From Longimicrobiales bacterium (GTDB lineage Bacteria > Gemmatimonadota > Gemmatimonadetes > Longimicrobiales > Gaopeijiaceae), in contig CBDFIQ010000002.1 in assembly GCA_965248195.1 (NCBI GenBank), forward strand, positions 960,001 through 1,024,000: DNA of 64,000 nt. The letters run 5' to 3'. Positions 51,745 through 63,400 of the stretch are shown piece by piece. The notes beneath the pieces were generated by a model. That model was not told where the DNA came from. It did no database searches and saw only the letters and a program-made list of their open reading frames with translations. Made by a program: the position numbers and the translations under genes. The stretch's first letter is position 1. Every line of letters starts with the position of its first letter.

Positions 51745-53111
51745 GCCCCGTCTCCCTAGTTGGTGTCAGCCACTTGACGGCGCCCGTGGAAATTCGGGAA
51801 CGTTTCGCGTTCGCGCCCGCGGAGGCCGCAGTGGCACTCGGTGCGCTCCGTACTGACTCCGAGGTTCAAGAGGCCGTGCTCCTCTCCACCTGCAACCGCA
51901 CGGAACTCTATGTGTGCCCCGGGGGCGATGAGGGCGTACAGGAGGCAGCGGAGCGAGTTCTTGCCCAGAAGGCGGGCGAAGTGGTGGGCGGAACGAAACA
52001 ATACCTCTATCGGCACGATGGAGAGGCATCGGTCCGTCACCTCTATCGTGTAGCCGGCGGGTTGGATTCCCTGGTCCTCGGTGAGGCCGAGATCCAAGGA
52101 CAGGTCAAGGACGCATACGAGTTGGCGGGACAGAATCCGGCTACGCCAGCGTTGGCCGGACCTATTCTACACAGACTCTTTCAGTCGGCCCTGGCCGCGG
52201 GAGGACGTATCCGGTCCACGACGCCGATCGGGGAAGGGGCGGCGTCCGTGGCGTCTGTGGCCGTGGGGTTGGCGCGAAAGATCTTCGGCGGCCTTCAAGG
52301 CCGCCAGGTGATGATCCTCGGGGCCGGCACCACCGCGGAGTTGGTGGTGGAGGCGCTCGGGCGAGACGGTATCAGAGGGCTCGTGGTTTCCAACCGGACC
52401 TATGAGCGGGCTTCTGAGCTCGCGAATAGACTTTCCGGGCACGCGGTGCACTTCGACGAAATGCCGTTCGAGTTGGCCAAGACCGACATCCTGATCGCGT
52501 CCACCGCCGCCCCACACCCGTTGGTGACCCGGGACGGCTTTCGCCATGCTAGGCAGGGCAGCCAGATTGGTCCGCTCCTTATTCTCGACCTGGCGATTCC
52601 CCGCGATGTGGAGCCTGAGGTCGGCAATGAGCCGAACGTATTCCTTTACAATGTGGACCACCTTCATGAGATCCTGGACGACAATCTGCTCAAGCGCCGG
52701 AAGTCCGTTCCCGAGGCCGAGGCCATTGTCGAGGAATTCGCCCGGGACTTTCTGCATTGGTACGGAGCCAGGGGCGTAGTCCCGGTGATTCGTAGTCTCC
52801 GGGCGAACTGGGACGACGTGCGCCAGGGTGAGCTGGAGCGCCTCTGGCAAAGGCTCTCGCACCTCCCCGCGGACGATCGAGACGCTGTCGAGGCTTTTTC
52901 CAAGCAACTCCTCAACAAGCTCTTGCACGACCCCACGAAGCGTTTGAAGGAGGGCGCCGGCAACGGCCGAGGCGTCGAGTTCATCGATGCGGTCCGGTAT
53001 TTGCACGACCTCGAAACGGTAGAGGCAGACCGCTCCGAGCGGTCGGAGCCGGGCGATGACGAGGAGGTCGAGGGAATCGGAATGGACGTACCACGAGCGG
53101 ACGATGAGTGA
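51741..53111 (+). CDS. hemA: Glutamyl-tRNA reductase
   Basis: GVSHLTAPVEIRE, STCNRTE, GLDSLVLGE, DLAIPRD, NKLLHDP. Confidence 0.96.
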   Translation: MSPVSLVGVSHLTAPVEIRERFAFAPAEAAVALGALRTDSEVQEAVLLSTCNRTELYVCPGGDEGVQEAAERVLAQKAGEVVGGTKQYLYRHDGEASVRHLYRVAGGLDSLVLGEAEIQGQVKDAYELAGQNPATPALAGPILHRLFQSALAAGGRIRSTTPIGEGAASVASVAVGLARKIFGGLQGRQVMILGAGTTAELVVEALGRDGIRGLVVSNRTYERASELANRLSGHAVHFDEMPFELAKTDILIASTAAPHPLVTRDGFRHARQGSQIGPLLILDLAIPRDVEPEVGNEPNVFLYNVDHLHEILDDNLLKRRKSVPEAEAIVEEFARDFLHWYGARGVVPVIRSLRANWDDVRQGELERLWQRLSHLPADDRDAVEAFSKQLLNKLLHDPTKRLKEGAGNGRGVEFIDAVRYLHDLETVEADRSERSEPGDDEEVEGIGMDVPRADDE

Positions 53112-53134
53112 AGCGCTTCGAAGTGTTCTCCTAG

Positions 53135-54097
53135 ATGAGTGATGCGAGTCGAAGAGTTCTTGTAACGGGAGGTGCCGGATTCATCGGTAGCCATGTCGTC
53201 GACGCGTACCTGGAGCGGGGTGACCGGGTGTGGGTTGTCGACGACCTGTCGAGTGGCCGATCGGCGAACGTAAACCCCCAAGCGGAGTTCCTCGAAATGG
53301 GAATCGAGGCTCCGGCTTTGCGTGACCTGTTCCGTACCGTGGGGTTCGATTTACTGAGCTTACACGCTGCCCAGATCGACGTTCGTACCTCCGTCGCGGA
53401 TCCCGCCCAGGACGCGGACATCAACGTCCTCGGAATGCTCAACGTACTCGAATGCGCCCGCGAGACCGACACGCGCAGGATCGTGTACGTCTCGAGCGGC
53501 GGGGTGGTCTACGGCGAGCCGGAGGAGATACCCACGCCTGAGGCGGCGCCCAAACTGCCGCTCTCTCCTTACGGGGTCACGAAGCTCTCCGGGGAGTACT
53601 ACTTACACTATTACCGGGTAGTCCATGGCCTCGAGTACGTGGTGCTACGGTATGCCAATGTTTTTGGACCTCGGCAGGATCCGCGCGGGGAGGCCGGTGT
53701 GGTGGCGATTTTTTGTGAGCGGCTGCAGTCTGGGGAAGAACTCACTATCTTCGGCGACGGCGAGCAGACCCGAGACTATGTGTATGTGAAGGATGTGGTG
53801 AGCGCGAACCTCCTCGCATCCGAGATGGTACTGAAGCCCGCAGCGAATATCGATGCGGTGGCCTTCAACGTCGGCACGGGGGTGGGGACTAGCGTGAATC
53901 GGCTTGCGGATGTCCTTGAAAGTATTGCCGAGGTTCGGCCGGGCCGCGTCTACCGCGAAGCGCGTGCCGGAGAACTCCGGCACAGTACACTGGAGGTGTC
54001 TCGGTTCGCCGAGCGTGGATGGGCCCCCCACCACACGCTCGAAGATGGTCTCCGGGAGACGTTTCACTTCATCACCAATCAAAAGATCGGAGCTTGA
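53135..54097 (+). CDS. UDP-glucose 4-epimerase-like SDR
   Basis: [35 protein letters not shown]. Confidence 0.88.
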   Translation: MSDASRRVLVTGGAGFIGSHVVDAYLERGDRVWVVDDLSSGRSANVNPQAEFLEMGIEAPALRDLFRTVGFDLLSLHAAQIDVRTSVADPAQDADINVLGMLNVLECARETDTRRIVYVSSGGVVYGEPEEIPTPEAAPKLPLSPYGVTKLSGEYYLHYYRVVHGLEYVVLRYANVFGPRQDPRGEAGVVAIFCERLQSGEELTIFGDGEQTRDYVYVKDVVSANLLASEMVLKPAANIDAVAFNVGTGVGTSVNRLADVLESIAEVRPGRVYREARAGELRHSTLEVSRFAERGWAPHHTLEDGLRETFHFITNQKIGA

Positions 54098-54817
54098 ATG
54101 GGGCTTTCGACGCTCTTCGCCCAGACCGGTGCACCGACGAGCGCATGGGACATGGTGTTCGCAGGGACTCTGCCGACCAAGGTGGTTCTGATAACCCTCG
54201 CCGTTTCGTCGGCCTTTTCATGGGTCCTCATTTTCTGGAAGGCCCGCCAGTTCAGAACCGTTCGGCATCAGGGCCATCGATTCCTACTGAAGATGGAGCG
54301 AGCCACCGGGCTAGCGGACGCCTACAAGGCCGTGCTGTCCCTGCCGGAATCTCCCTACGGGCGTGTTTTTCGGCAGGGAGTGAATTTTTTTAGCGAACTA
54401 CGCCCGGGTGCGCTCCGCGAAGGAGCCCCCCCGAGTGAAGGGCTCTCCCTGACCCAGTTGCAAGCGCTCAAACTCGTTCTGGAGAAAGAAGAGGCCGAGG
54501 AGCGCGATGAACTTGCGGAAGGGCTGATTTGGTTGGCCATCCTGGGTTCGGTTTCGCCGCTCATGGGTCTCATGGGGACTGTCCTGGGTATCACGAACAC
54601 GTTTATTGGGATCACGGCAACCGGCTCGGCGAACATCGCTGCGGTGGCTCCCGGGGTTGCCCAGGCCCTCGTAACTACCGTCGCCGGGCTGATCGTGGCG
54701 ATCCCCGCGATCGTCGCCTACAACCATTTCCTCGCGAAGCTGAACCTGGTCAGCGGGGAGCTCGAGGGCTTCTCGAGCGAATTCATCGGCACACTGGCCC
54801 GAGAGGGGCGCGTATGA
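54098..54817 (+). CDS. tolQ: TolQ (MotA/TolQ/ExbB family)
   Basis: SPLMGLMGTVLG, VAPGVAQALVTT. Confidence 0.88.
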   Translation: MGLSTLFAQTGAPTSAWDMVFAGTLPTKVVLITLAVSSAFSWVLIFWKARQFRTVRHQGHRFLLKMERATGLADAYKAVLSLPESPYGRVFRQGVNFFSELRPGALREGAPPSEGLSLTQLQALKLVLEKEEAEERDELAEGLIWLAILGSVSPLMGLMGTVLGITNTFIGITATGSANIAAVAPGVAQALVTTVAGLIVAIPAIVAYNHFLAKLNLVSGELEGFSSEFIGTLAREGRV

Positions 54818-54860
54818 TGGTTCCTGCGCGTATGTTGCCTCCAGCGGGTTGGCCCGTCCG

Positions 54861-55277
54861 ATGATGGGGGCGCACGGGGGAGGGCGAGATCTGCAGCCCG
54901 TGGCCGAAATCAACGTCACGAGCATGGTCGACGTGGCGTTTACCCTGCTCATCATCTTCATCATCACCGCGCCCATCCTCCAGGGAGGCATCGAGGTCGC
55001 GGTGCCCGAGACGGAGGTTTCTGCACTCACGGCGGCGGAGAACACGCTCATCGTCACCGTGGACCGCGACGGGATGGTATACCTGGGGGAGACGCCCATG
55101 GACCGAACCGAATTCGCACGATCCTTCGGGCAGATTGTGTCGGCTGGAGCGGTGGAAGAGGTGTGGATCAAGGGCGATTCACTCGCTACCTGGGGTGCGG
55201 GTGTCGACGTGATATCCACGGTCGCCCGTAGCGGGATCGACTTCGCGGTGGTGGGCACGCAGAGGCCTCCGGATTAA
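54861..55277 (+). CDS. tolR: TolR (ExbD/TolR family)
   Basis: EINVTSMVDV..LLIIFIITAP. Confidence 0.88.
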   Translation: MMGAHGGGRDLQPVAEINVTSMVDVAFTLLIIFIITAPILQGGIEVAVPETEVSALTAAENTLIVTVDRDGMVYLGETPMDRTEFARSFGQIVSAGAVEEVWIKGDSLATWGAGVDVISTVARSGIDFAVVGTQRPPD

Positions 55278-55283
55278 CGTGAT

Positions 55284-56036
55284 ATGAGTGGCCCCGAAGC
55301 GGTTCGGAAGCGCCCGCGGCGCCGGGCGGTCGGAAGGGGCCCGGTAATCGGGTCCGCCTTTGTTCACACCGCCGCGATTTTCCTGGCGTGGTGGACCTCC
55401 GCGGTGCCCCGTGAGGTACCCGATTTCGTCGTTTACGAGATCGAGTTGATTTCTCCTGCGGCCGCTGAGCTCGGCGAACGGACGACGCCACCTCCTGAGG
55501 AGTTGGTCATCGAAACGCCCTTCGATCCGACACCGGAGCCGCAGGAGGAGACGCCTCCCCCGATCATCGAGGAGGAGCCTCCCGCCGAAGAGCCCCCGCA
55601 ACCCGAAGAGACGCCCGCACCGCCCGACGTCGAACCCGTCGTGGACCCGGTGGCCCCGACCAGCCCGGATCCGGATCCGGATGTGGAGACGCCGGGAGAG
55701 GACCTGAACGTTCGGATGGAAGGTATTCAAAGGGACTATCCGGAGTATTACAACAATATCATTCGTCAGATGCAGCGGTGCTTCCGTTGGCGGGGGGAGG
55801 AGGATCTGCGGGCGACGGTTTATTTCGTGATCGATCGGGACGGTTCGGTCTCCGAGGTCGATATCCTGGAGTCGTCACGGAGCATAGCTTTCGATATCGA
55901 AGCGATGGGGGCAGCGGAGTGTGCCGGCAGCCGAGACCGCTTGGGTCCGCTTCCGGAGGCGCTCCCTTTCGATCGGCTCCCGATCCTGTTTAAATTCGAC
56001 CCCCGGGCCCGACGCGGCATCGATTCGGAGGAATGA
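55284..56036 (+). CDS. TolA/TonB-like energy transducer
   Basis: TM with SxxxH, Pro/Glu-rich linker, TonB_C-like FVIDRDGSV. Confidence 0.82.
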   Translation: MSGPEAVRKRPRRRAVGRGPVIGSAFVHTAAIFLAWWTSAVPREVPDFVVYEIELISPAAAELGERTTPPPEELVIETPFDPTPEPQEETPPPIIEEEPPAEEPPQPEETPAPPDVEPVVDPVAPTSPDPDPDVETPGEDLNVRMEGIQRDYPEYYNNIIRQMQRCFRWRGEEDLRATVYFVIDRDGSVSEVDILESSRSIAFDIEAMGAAECAGSRDRLGPLPEALPFDRLPILFKFDPRARRGIDSEE

Positions 56037-56061
56037 TGGACGGATCAGTGATGAAGAACGG

Positions 56062-57432
56062 ATGAGACTGGAGGGTATGCACGTGGTGAGAACGCTCGCT
56101 TGGGCAGCATTGGTTCCGGCCGTATTAATGAGCCCGCTCGCGGCGCAGCAGGACTCGATCCCGGGGGTGACCTTGGGGTTGTTGTACGAGGCGGAATTTC
56201 AGCCCGCCCTGGCCGTCCAGCCATTCTTGGGCCGTCTCGGAGGAGAGCTGGTGGCCGCTCGGGTCGAGACCATTATCGCGACCGACCTCCGCTACAGTGA
56301 CCGGTTCCAGATCATGGATTCTCTCCCCCGCTCCTTGGTCGCCGGCGAGGTCGACTATCAGCTTTGGGATCAGCTGGGAGCCGTCTGGCTGCTGTCGGGC
56401 TCCCTCGAGGGGGCTGGTTCCGGATTCGTGCTGGTGCTGGAACTCCACGATGTGGTCTATTCCGAAATCCGTGCACAGGGCCGCTTTCCAATCCCGGCCA
56501 CGAGTGACGACGATTTCCGACTGGCCGCCCATATCGCCTCGGACGCGATCATCGAGTGGATTTACAATGAGCCCGGGATGGCGGCGAGCCGGATCGCGTT
56601 CTCACTGAGAACGCGGGAGGGCAACCAGGACCTGTACCTGATCGACTCGGATGGCCGGAACTTCAGGCGGCTCACCAACTACGATGACCTCACGATGTCT
56701 CCGTCCTGGTCCCCGGACGGGGCCCGCATCGCCTACTCGTCCCGCAAGGGAGCCGGGTTGCCTCGCATCTACGAGCTGGACCTCGAGACCATGATGGAAA
56801 AGCCTCTCGACGCGGGGCGAACCGGCGACCATAACACGCCGGCCTATAGCCCCAATGGCCGTGATATGGCTTTTTCGATCACAGGGGGTAACCGCAGCGG
56901 AATTTTCTACTACGACTTCGAGCGAGATTGTTGCCTTACGCACGTCAGCGGCGGACGCTGGGATGACATCTCGCCGACGTATTCGCCCGACGGGCGTTGG
57001 CTCGCGTTCAACTCCAACCGCCTGGGCACTCCGTTTCCACAGATCTACGTGATGCCCGCCACCGGGGGAGAGGCGGACCTCGTCTCCCCTTATCTGCATG
57101 GCCAGGAAGGTTACTACACCTCTCCTGATTGGGCGCCGGTGGGTGATCACGTGGCCTTTCACGGTCGCGTAGGCCGGAGAGGGCGATACAACATCCTGGT
57201 AGCGGATGTCTCCGACCGGGGGCGCCGCCTTAGGCAGCTTACGTGGGAGGGGAATAATGAGGATCCGAGTTGGGCTCCCGACGGACGCCATCTCGTGTTC
57301 ATCGGGCGCCGGGACTGGGGTACCGGCCTGATGGTGGTCGATACGGCCACCGGCACCTATCGGATGCTCCGGCGGGGGCTCGACGTCCGGGTACCCGATT
57401 GGTCGCCGTCCTTGGGATGGGACGGGCCCTAG
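56062..57432 (+). CDS. tolB: TolB
   Basis: TolB_N plus PD40 repeats (PSWSPDG); lies between tolA and pal. Confidence 0.9.
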   Translation: MRLEGMHVVRTLAWAALVPAVLMSPLAAQQDSIPGVTLGLLYEAEFQPALAVQPFLGRLGGELVAARVETIIATDLRYSDRFQIMDSLPRSLVAGEVDYQLWDQLGAVWLLSGSLEGAGSGFVLVLELHDVVYSEIRAQGRFPIPATSDDDFRLAAHIASDAIIEWIYNEPGMAASRIAFSLRTREGNQDLYLIDSDGRNFRRLTNYDDLTMSPSWSPDGARIAYSSRKGAGLPRIYELDLETMMEKPLDAGRTGDHNTPAYSPNGRDMAFSITGGNRSGIFYYDFERDCCLTHVSGGRWDDISPTYSPDGRWLAFNSNRLGTPFPQIYVMPATGGEADLVSPYLHGQEGYYTSPDWAPVGDHVAFHGRVGRRGRYNILVADVSDRGRRLRQLTWEGNNEDPSWAPDGRHLVFIGRRDWGTGLMVVDTATGTYRMLRRGLDVRVPDWSPSLGWDGP

Positions 57433-57606
57433 CCCTAGGGAGGGCCGGTCTGAAGTCATTGCGCCATGGTGCTCAATGGAGTATATGCTTTATGTTGTTG
57501 CGACCCATTTGCGGGCCAGAGTTAGGTTTTGGTAACCAGTGTTTCGCCGACGGGCTCGCCGAGTCGGGCAAGCCTCTGAGATGACCACTCACAGACAGGA
57601 CTGAGG

Positions 57607-58206
57607 ATGAGGATCACACACCTATTCGTACCAGCCATCGCCGCCACGCTCATTCTCAGCGCATGTGGGGGCGGGGACCCGCCTGAGCCGCCGGCGCCCA
57701 CTGGGCCGACTCAGGCCGAGATCGACGCGCGAAATGATTCGATTGCCGCGGCCAGGGCCGCAGAGGCTGCGCGTGCGGCTGCTGAGCGCGAAGCTGCGCG
57801 CCGTGAGCAGGAGCGCATGAACCGGGCGAGGGACCAGGCCCGGGCGACGCTCGAAGCGGTGGTGCAGTTCGACTACGATGAATCCGACATCACTGCTGCG
57901 GCGGAGCGGATCCTACGCGCGAAGCTACCGATCCTGCGTAACAGTCCGACGGTCCGCCTCCGCTTTGAGGGACACGCCGACGAGCGGGGCTCGACGGAGT
58001 ACAACCTCGCACTGGGAAGCCGGCGTGCCGAGAGTGTGCGGGAGTTCATCTCGGGCTTCGGGATTTCGGCGGATCGCTTCGCCACGACCTCGTTCGGGGA
58101 GGAGCGCCCTGCTGTCAACCGTAGCGACGAGGCGGCCTGGGCTCAGAACCGACGGGTCGAGTTCGTGATCACGGGCGGTCAAATCGTGGTCAGCGAGGAC
58201 GATTAA
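57607..58206 (+). CDS. pal: Peptidoglycan-associated lipoprotein Pal
   Basis: Lipobox LSAC, EGHADERGSTEYNLALG, NRRVEF. Confidence 0.93.
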   Translation: MRITHLFVPAIAATLILSACGGGDPPEPPAPTGPTQAEIDARNDSIAAARAAEAARAAAEREAARREQERMNRARDQARATLEAVVQFDYDESDITAAAERILRAKLPILRNSPTVRLRFEGHADERGSTEYNLALGSRRAESVREFISGFGISADRFATTSFGEERPAVNRSDEAAWAQNRRVEFVITGGQIVVSEDD

Positions 58207-58236
58207 AAACACCAGGAAACTCCGGTCGGGGACAGG

Positions 58237-59061
58237 ATGAGTATGACCCCTCCCTTCGGCACTTCCGTCGCGCTCCATCGTGGCTGGGGCCGTGGGGGAG
58301 GGGTCTTTGTCGTTTTCGCGACCCTGGTGCTGGCCTCGGGATGCGCCACGAAGGGGGACGTGCGGCGTCTCCAAGACGAAGTGGCCCGGCAATCGTCTCG
58401 ACAGGAAGCTCAGTTACGGGAGTTGTCCGCCGACGTCCAGGCTCTCCAGGACACGCTGGAAATCCAGTCCGAGATAGTGGTGGACACCCGGGGGGGGATT
58501 GCACGGGAGCTTCGGGACATCCAAACCCAGCTGTCCCAATTGACCGCGTTGACCGGGCAGATTCAGCGCTCCGTGGTCTTGCTGTCCGAGCGGATCCAGG
58601 CCGAGGGCGCCCGGGTGACGACCGCGGATCGGCGCGCCGATCCCGATTCGCTTCGTGCTCTGGTCGGGCGCGGTGGTGGGGGTCCAGCGGCGGCGGAGGA
58701 GACGTATGAGGCGGCGGTGACGCAGTTCAATCGTGGTCAGCTCAACACCGCACGGATGGCTTTCGGGAGCTTCCTTGTAGAATATCCCGATCATCGGCTG
58801 GCGCCTTCGGCCCAGTTCAATCTCGCCGATATTTTCGAGCAGGAAAATCGCCTCGACCAGGCGATCTCGGGATTCCTCCGGGTTTCCGAGTTGTACCCCA
58901 CTGCGGACCGGGTTCCGGTAGCGTTGTATCGGATCGGCAACATCTACGTTCTCCAGCAAGAGTTCGATGAGGCCGTGAGCTATCTCGAGCGTGTGGTCAA
59001 TACCTATCCTGACAGTGGCGCGGCGGAGCTTGCCCAGGAGCTGCTGCAGGAGATCCGCTGA
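58237..59061 (+). CDS. cpoB: Tol-Pal system protein CpoB/YbgF
   Basis: Lipobox ASGC, coiled coil, C-terminal TPRs; follows pal. Confidence 0.85.
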   Translation: MSMTPPFGTSVALHRGWGRGGGVFVVFATLVLASGCATKGDVRRLQDEVARQSSRQEAQLRELSADVQALQDTLEIQSEIVVDTRGGIARELRDIQTQLSQLTALTGQIQRSVVLLSERIQAEGARVTTADRRADPDSLRALVGRGGGGPAAAEETYEAAVTQFNRGQLNTARMAFGSFLVEYPDHRLAPSAQFNLADIFEQENRLDQAISGFLRVSELYPTADRVPVALYRIGNIYVLQQEFDEAVSYLERVVNTYPDSGAAELAQELLQEIR

Positions 59062-59079
59062 CGTCCCGCACCGTGTCTG

Positions 59080-59577
59080 ATGCGCTGTCCAGAGTGTGAC
59101 GCCACGGAGAACCGTGTCGTCGACACCCGCGATAGCCGGGGTGGGCGTGCGGTCCGACGCCGCAGGGAATGCGGCGTGTGCGGGGCCCGTTTCACGACCT
59201 ACGAACACGTCGAAGAGCGACCCTTACGCGTTACCAAACGTGACGGGAGCGGCGAGGATTTCGACCGGACCAAGCTACTTCGAAGCGTTGCGGTCGCCTG
59301 TGCGAAAAGGCCGGTCACCGAAGGGGACATCGACGCCATCGTGGATGCCGTCGAAGAGAACCTGACAAGGACCGCCAGCTTCGAGGTTTCCAGTTCCCAC
59401 ATCGGCGAAATCGTCATGCACCATCTCGCCCCGCTGGACCGAGTGGCCTACGTGCGTTTCGCCTCCGTCTACCGGAACTTCCAGGACATCGGTGAGTTCC
59501 AAGACATGGTGCACGACCTGAACGCGGAAGAGCGCCGTCAGGGCTCAGCCAGGAACCAAGAGGAGCTCCCACTCTGA
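59080..59577 (+). CDS. nrdR: Transcriptional repressor NrdR
   Basis: CPEC, RRRREC..C..RFTTYE, ATP cone, AYVRFASVY. Confidence 0.97.
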   Translation: MRCPECDATENRVVDTRDSRGGRAVRRRRECGVCGARFTTYEHVEERPLRVTKRDGSGEDFDRTKLLRSVAVACAKRPVTEGDIDAIVDAVEENLTRTASFEVSSSHIGEIVMHHLAPLDRVAYVRFASVYRNFQDIGEFQDMVHDLNAEERRQGSARNQEELPL

Positions 59578-59710
59578 TATCTCCCCACGCAAAGCCGTCC
59601 GACGGCAGCGTGGCGCTCTCGGGTATCCGTGCGTTCGCACGGATGGCGGCTCGCCCCACTCATTCCGGCGAAATCTTGACGAGGGCGTCCGCTCACCCAG
59701 AATCGCGACG

Positions 59711-60499
59711 ATGATTCGAAACCCCCGCGGCGAGATGCCGTTCCTCGACCACTTGGAAGAACTCCGCTGGCGGATCCTGTGGAGCCTCGTGGCGATCGTA
59801 ATCGGGAGTGTGGTGGGCTTCGTCCTGGTGCTGAGGTTTGGGGTGCTCGACCTTCTCATCAATCCGTTCTACGAGGTGATGGGAGAGGAAGAGAGGCTCG
59901 TCTTCCTTGCTCCGACGGAGCCGTTCTTCCTCATCCTGAGGGTCGGGATCCTGGGCGGTGTGGTCCTCGTCTCGCCGATCATCATCTACCAGATCTGGGC
60001 GTTCCTGTCGCCCGCGCTCGAGCGGCATGAGAAGAGGGCCATCATCCCAGCCCTCTATCTGGGAGTGGTCCTCTTCTCAGCCGGCGTGTGGATGTCGTAC
60101 GCCATAGCGCTCCCGGTCACGCTCCAGTTCCTGTTGTTCTTCGGAGAGGGGTACTTCGACCAAATGCTGCAGGCGGGCCCCTACCTCGGCTTCGTCACCA
60201 AGCTGCTCCTGGCGTTCGGCATCCTGTTCGAGTTGCCGGTGGTTATCATGATCCTGTCCGCGCTGGGGCTCGTCACGCCTGCGTTTCTGCGGGCAAAGAG
60301 GCGTCATGCGATCGTCATCATCACCGTGTTGGCCAGCTTCCTCAGCCCGGGCGACGTCGTCACGGTGACGGCCCTGATGATGCTGCCGCTGGTTCTCCTG
60401 TACGAATTCAGCATTTTCCTCTCGGTCATCATCACCAGAAAGCGCCGTGCGCGGGACATTGGTGGTGACCCGCCGGACGGAGCGGTCGAGGCCAAATGA
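59711..60499 (+). CDS. tatC: Twin-arginine translocase subunit TatC
   Basis: HLEELRWR, YQIWAFLSPAL, FELP, LYE. Confidence 0.96.
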   Translation: MIRNPRGEMPFLDHLEELRWRILWSLVAIVIGSVVGFVLVLRFGVLDLLINPFYEVMGEEERLVFLAPTEPFFLILRVGILGGVVLVSPIIIYQIWAFLSPALERHEKRAIIPALYLGVVLFSAGVWMSYAIALPVTLQFLLFFGEGYFDQMLQAGPYLGFVTKLLLAFGILFELPVVIMILSALGLVTPAFLRAKRRHAIVIITVLASFLSPGDVVTVTALMMLPLVLLYEFSIFLSVIITRKRRARDIGGDPPDGAVEAK

Positions 60500-63400
60500 C
60501 GCTCGGGCGACGGCCCCGCGGTCGCCTCGGCCCTTGGACAGTAGCGGTCGCGCTGGCCGTCGTTGTGGTGGGACGGCCCACGCCCGCGGCCGCCCAGGTT
60601 GAGAATCCATCCGAGGAGGAGCTCGACTCCGCTCGAATTCGGGTGCTCGAGCGGCTGAGGAGCCTCTCCAAACCGCCGGGGGTGGACTCCACGCTCTTCG
60701 TACCCGACTCGATGCTCGGAGAGCCTAGGGTGACACCAACACCACAGCCGCAGGCGGCCGACTCATTCATGGCCGCCCTGCTTGCGTTGCCCGGCTATTC
60801 GGTGTCCCTATACTCCGGTGGCGAAGCGCGATTCGACGCCGAGACTCAGCGCATGACCCTCGTCGGTACGGAAGAAAGTCCCGCCGAGCTTCGCCAGGAC
60901 GAGATGACCGTCACGGCGTTGGACACGATCAACCTGGCCGATTCCCTGCTCTGGACGGCGGGCGAGACGGTGACCGAGCGGCCTGGTGAGGAGCCGGTGC
61001 GGAGCTCGAACATCATCTACGACCGCCGGGAGGACCGTGGGACAGCGTACGACGCTCACACGACCATGTCGCAGGGCGCAACTTGGGTGATGGATGGTGA
61101 TCTTCCAGCCATCCTCCCGGATACGGTCTTCGGCCATGACATCAACTTCACGTCCTGTGAGGAGACCGTACCGCACTACCACTTTGCCGCGCGAGAATTC
61201 AAGGCCATCGGCGGCAGTTGGTTCGTCGCCCGAAATGTGACGCTCAACTTCGACGACGTTCCTGTCTTCTGGCTGCCCTTCATCTTCCAGAGTACGGAGT
61301 CGGGGAGGCACAGCGGTGTTCTCATGCCCCGTTTCGGGGTCAACGACATCGTGCGTACGTCTCGAGGACATACACGGCGGGTGTCTAACGTAGGATTTTT
61401 CTGGGCCATCAACGACTACGCCGATGCCACTTTCGCCGGGGACTGGTGGAGCGACAACTTTACGGCGCTCACGGGTGCTTTCCGCTATCGAGTGACGCAG
61501 AAGTTCCTCAACGGATCCGCGAACGTGAGGCGTTTCTGGAGAGTGGGTGGCGGTCGCGAACTCTCCTTCGACACTCGACACAACTGGATCGTCGACGAAC
61601 GCATGACGGTGCGTGTCTCCGCGCGCTACGCGTCCAGCTCCAGCTTCGTGAGGCAAAATTCGTTCGATCCGAGGGAGGTGACGCAGTCGATAAACTCAGA
61701 GGGTGGCATGAACCGCCGTTTCGATTGGGGGGACCTCTCGGTCAGTGCCGACCGCCGGCAATTCCTGAGCGACGACCGTGTCGAGATGACGCTTCCCTCC
61801 GCCAATTTGTCTCTGAAGACGGTCACGTTGTTCAGGGCTCCGGGTAACCGCGCCAGGTTCTTCAACAACATGACATGGTCGGGAAGCGCGAGGTACCGGC
61901 GCAGCACCGTCTCTAGGGCCTCTCAGCTCCCGAGCATGTACACCCGGAACCTGGCCGACGAGGTGCGAACCACCTCGAGCATAAGCAGCGGTCTCAACCT
62001 GGGTGGATTGGGGTGGTCGCAATCATTGTCCTTCACGGAGACGGCCGACCTCGGCGTGCCGGCCGCGATTGCGTTTCCCGGTGACACGCTCGGTCCGCAA
62101 CCCATGGGCGTCTTCGATCTAGCGACCGCGGACGTTACGTGGAGCACGAGCCTCAACTACCAGCAGCGTCTGATCGGAACGACTACGCTTACTCCCAGCT
62201 TGCAAATCTCGGGAGCCGCCAGGCGTTCGGACGAGATTCCCGAGGCGTCGAGTTTCGTATCCGGGCCGCAGCGTCTTTCCTTCGGTGCCCGCTTGAAGAG
62301 CGACATCTACGGGTACTACGGCGGATTGGCCGGGCTCGAGGCGATCCGGCATAAGATTTCACCATCGATCTCCTACGCTTACGCGCCGAAAATACTGGCC
62401 ACTGACCTCCAGGCGACGGTGTTCGGGGCAGCGAACGCGTTCGCGAGGAACCTTGTAACCGTCGGCTTCAACCAGACGTTCGAGGCGAAGCGTGGAGAAG
62501 AAGACGCGGACGCCGCCGAGGGGACAGAGGAGTTCGGACTGGATCTTGAAGAGGATCTCCTGGCGTCGGATTCGATTCAAGATGCGAGGGCGGACTCGCT
62601 CCGCTTCCCTCAGGAGGCACCAGTCGGCCTTCCGGAGGATCGCCCGCTGGACGATCGCGGCTTTGAAAGGGCTCCGACGTCGACGGTAGTGAACTTGTTA
62701 GCGCTCAATACCAGCGTGGTCACCTACGACTTCGTTCGGGCACGCAAGGAGGGCGACCGGCTGGACGGGTTCACGACGACCCGCATGAGGAACCAGATCA
62801 GTTCGGATTTCTTCCGCGGGCTTCAGCTCTCCGTCGAGCACGACATCTTCGGAACGGAGGATCGGGGCGGAGAGGAGCGCCGAGTCTTCGATCCGGTACT
62901 GTCTCAACTGAACCTTTCCTTCGCGATGAGTTCCACCTCCGGGATTGTCCAGGCGCTCGGACGTCTATTCGGCGGAGGCGGAGAGGCACAATCCGGCGCC
63001 GCCGATCCCACCGCAGCGGATTCGGCGGCCGCACTGGTGGATCCCGATGAGCTCGATCCGAGTCTCGACAACATTGGCAACATCAGCCCCACCGACGAGT
63101 CCTCGATCATCCCCGGAGCGGGGTCGGACGACGTGGTCGGCCAGGGTCCTCAGCGAGCCGAGCGGAGTAGGAGCGGAGGTGCGTGGAACGCGAACTTTTC
63201 CTATTCCCTCAACCGGAGTCGTGATTCGCTTCTACCGGCGAGCCAACTGCTTCAGATGGGCATCCGTCTCAAACCGACGGAGAAATGGGACCTCGTCTGG
63301 CGGACTTCGTACGACATCGAAGCGGGCAAGTTCGCGGATCACTCGATTCGCCTGACGAGAGACCTTCACCGATGGCAGGCGAACTTCAACTACAGCCAAA

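Noticed and set aside
50982..53111. 709-aa HemA with an N-terminal extension, or a CcsA-HemA fusion
   Set aside because: The extension is an off-frame read of ccsA; hemA starts at TTG 51741, overlapping the ccsA stop.
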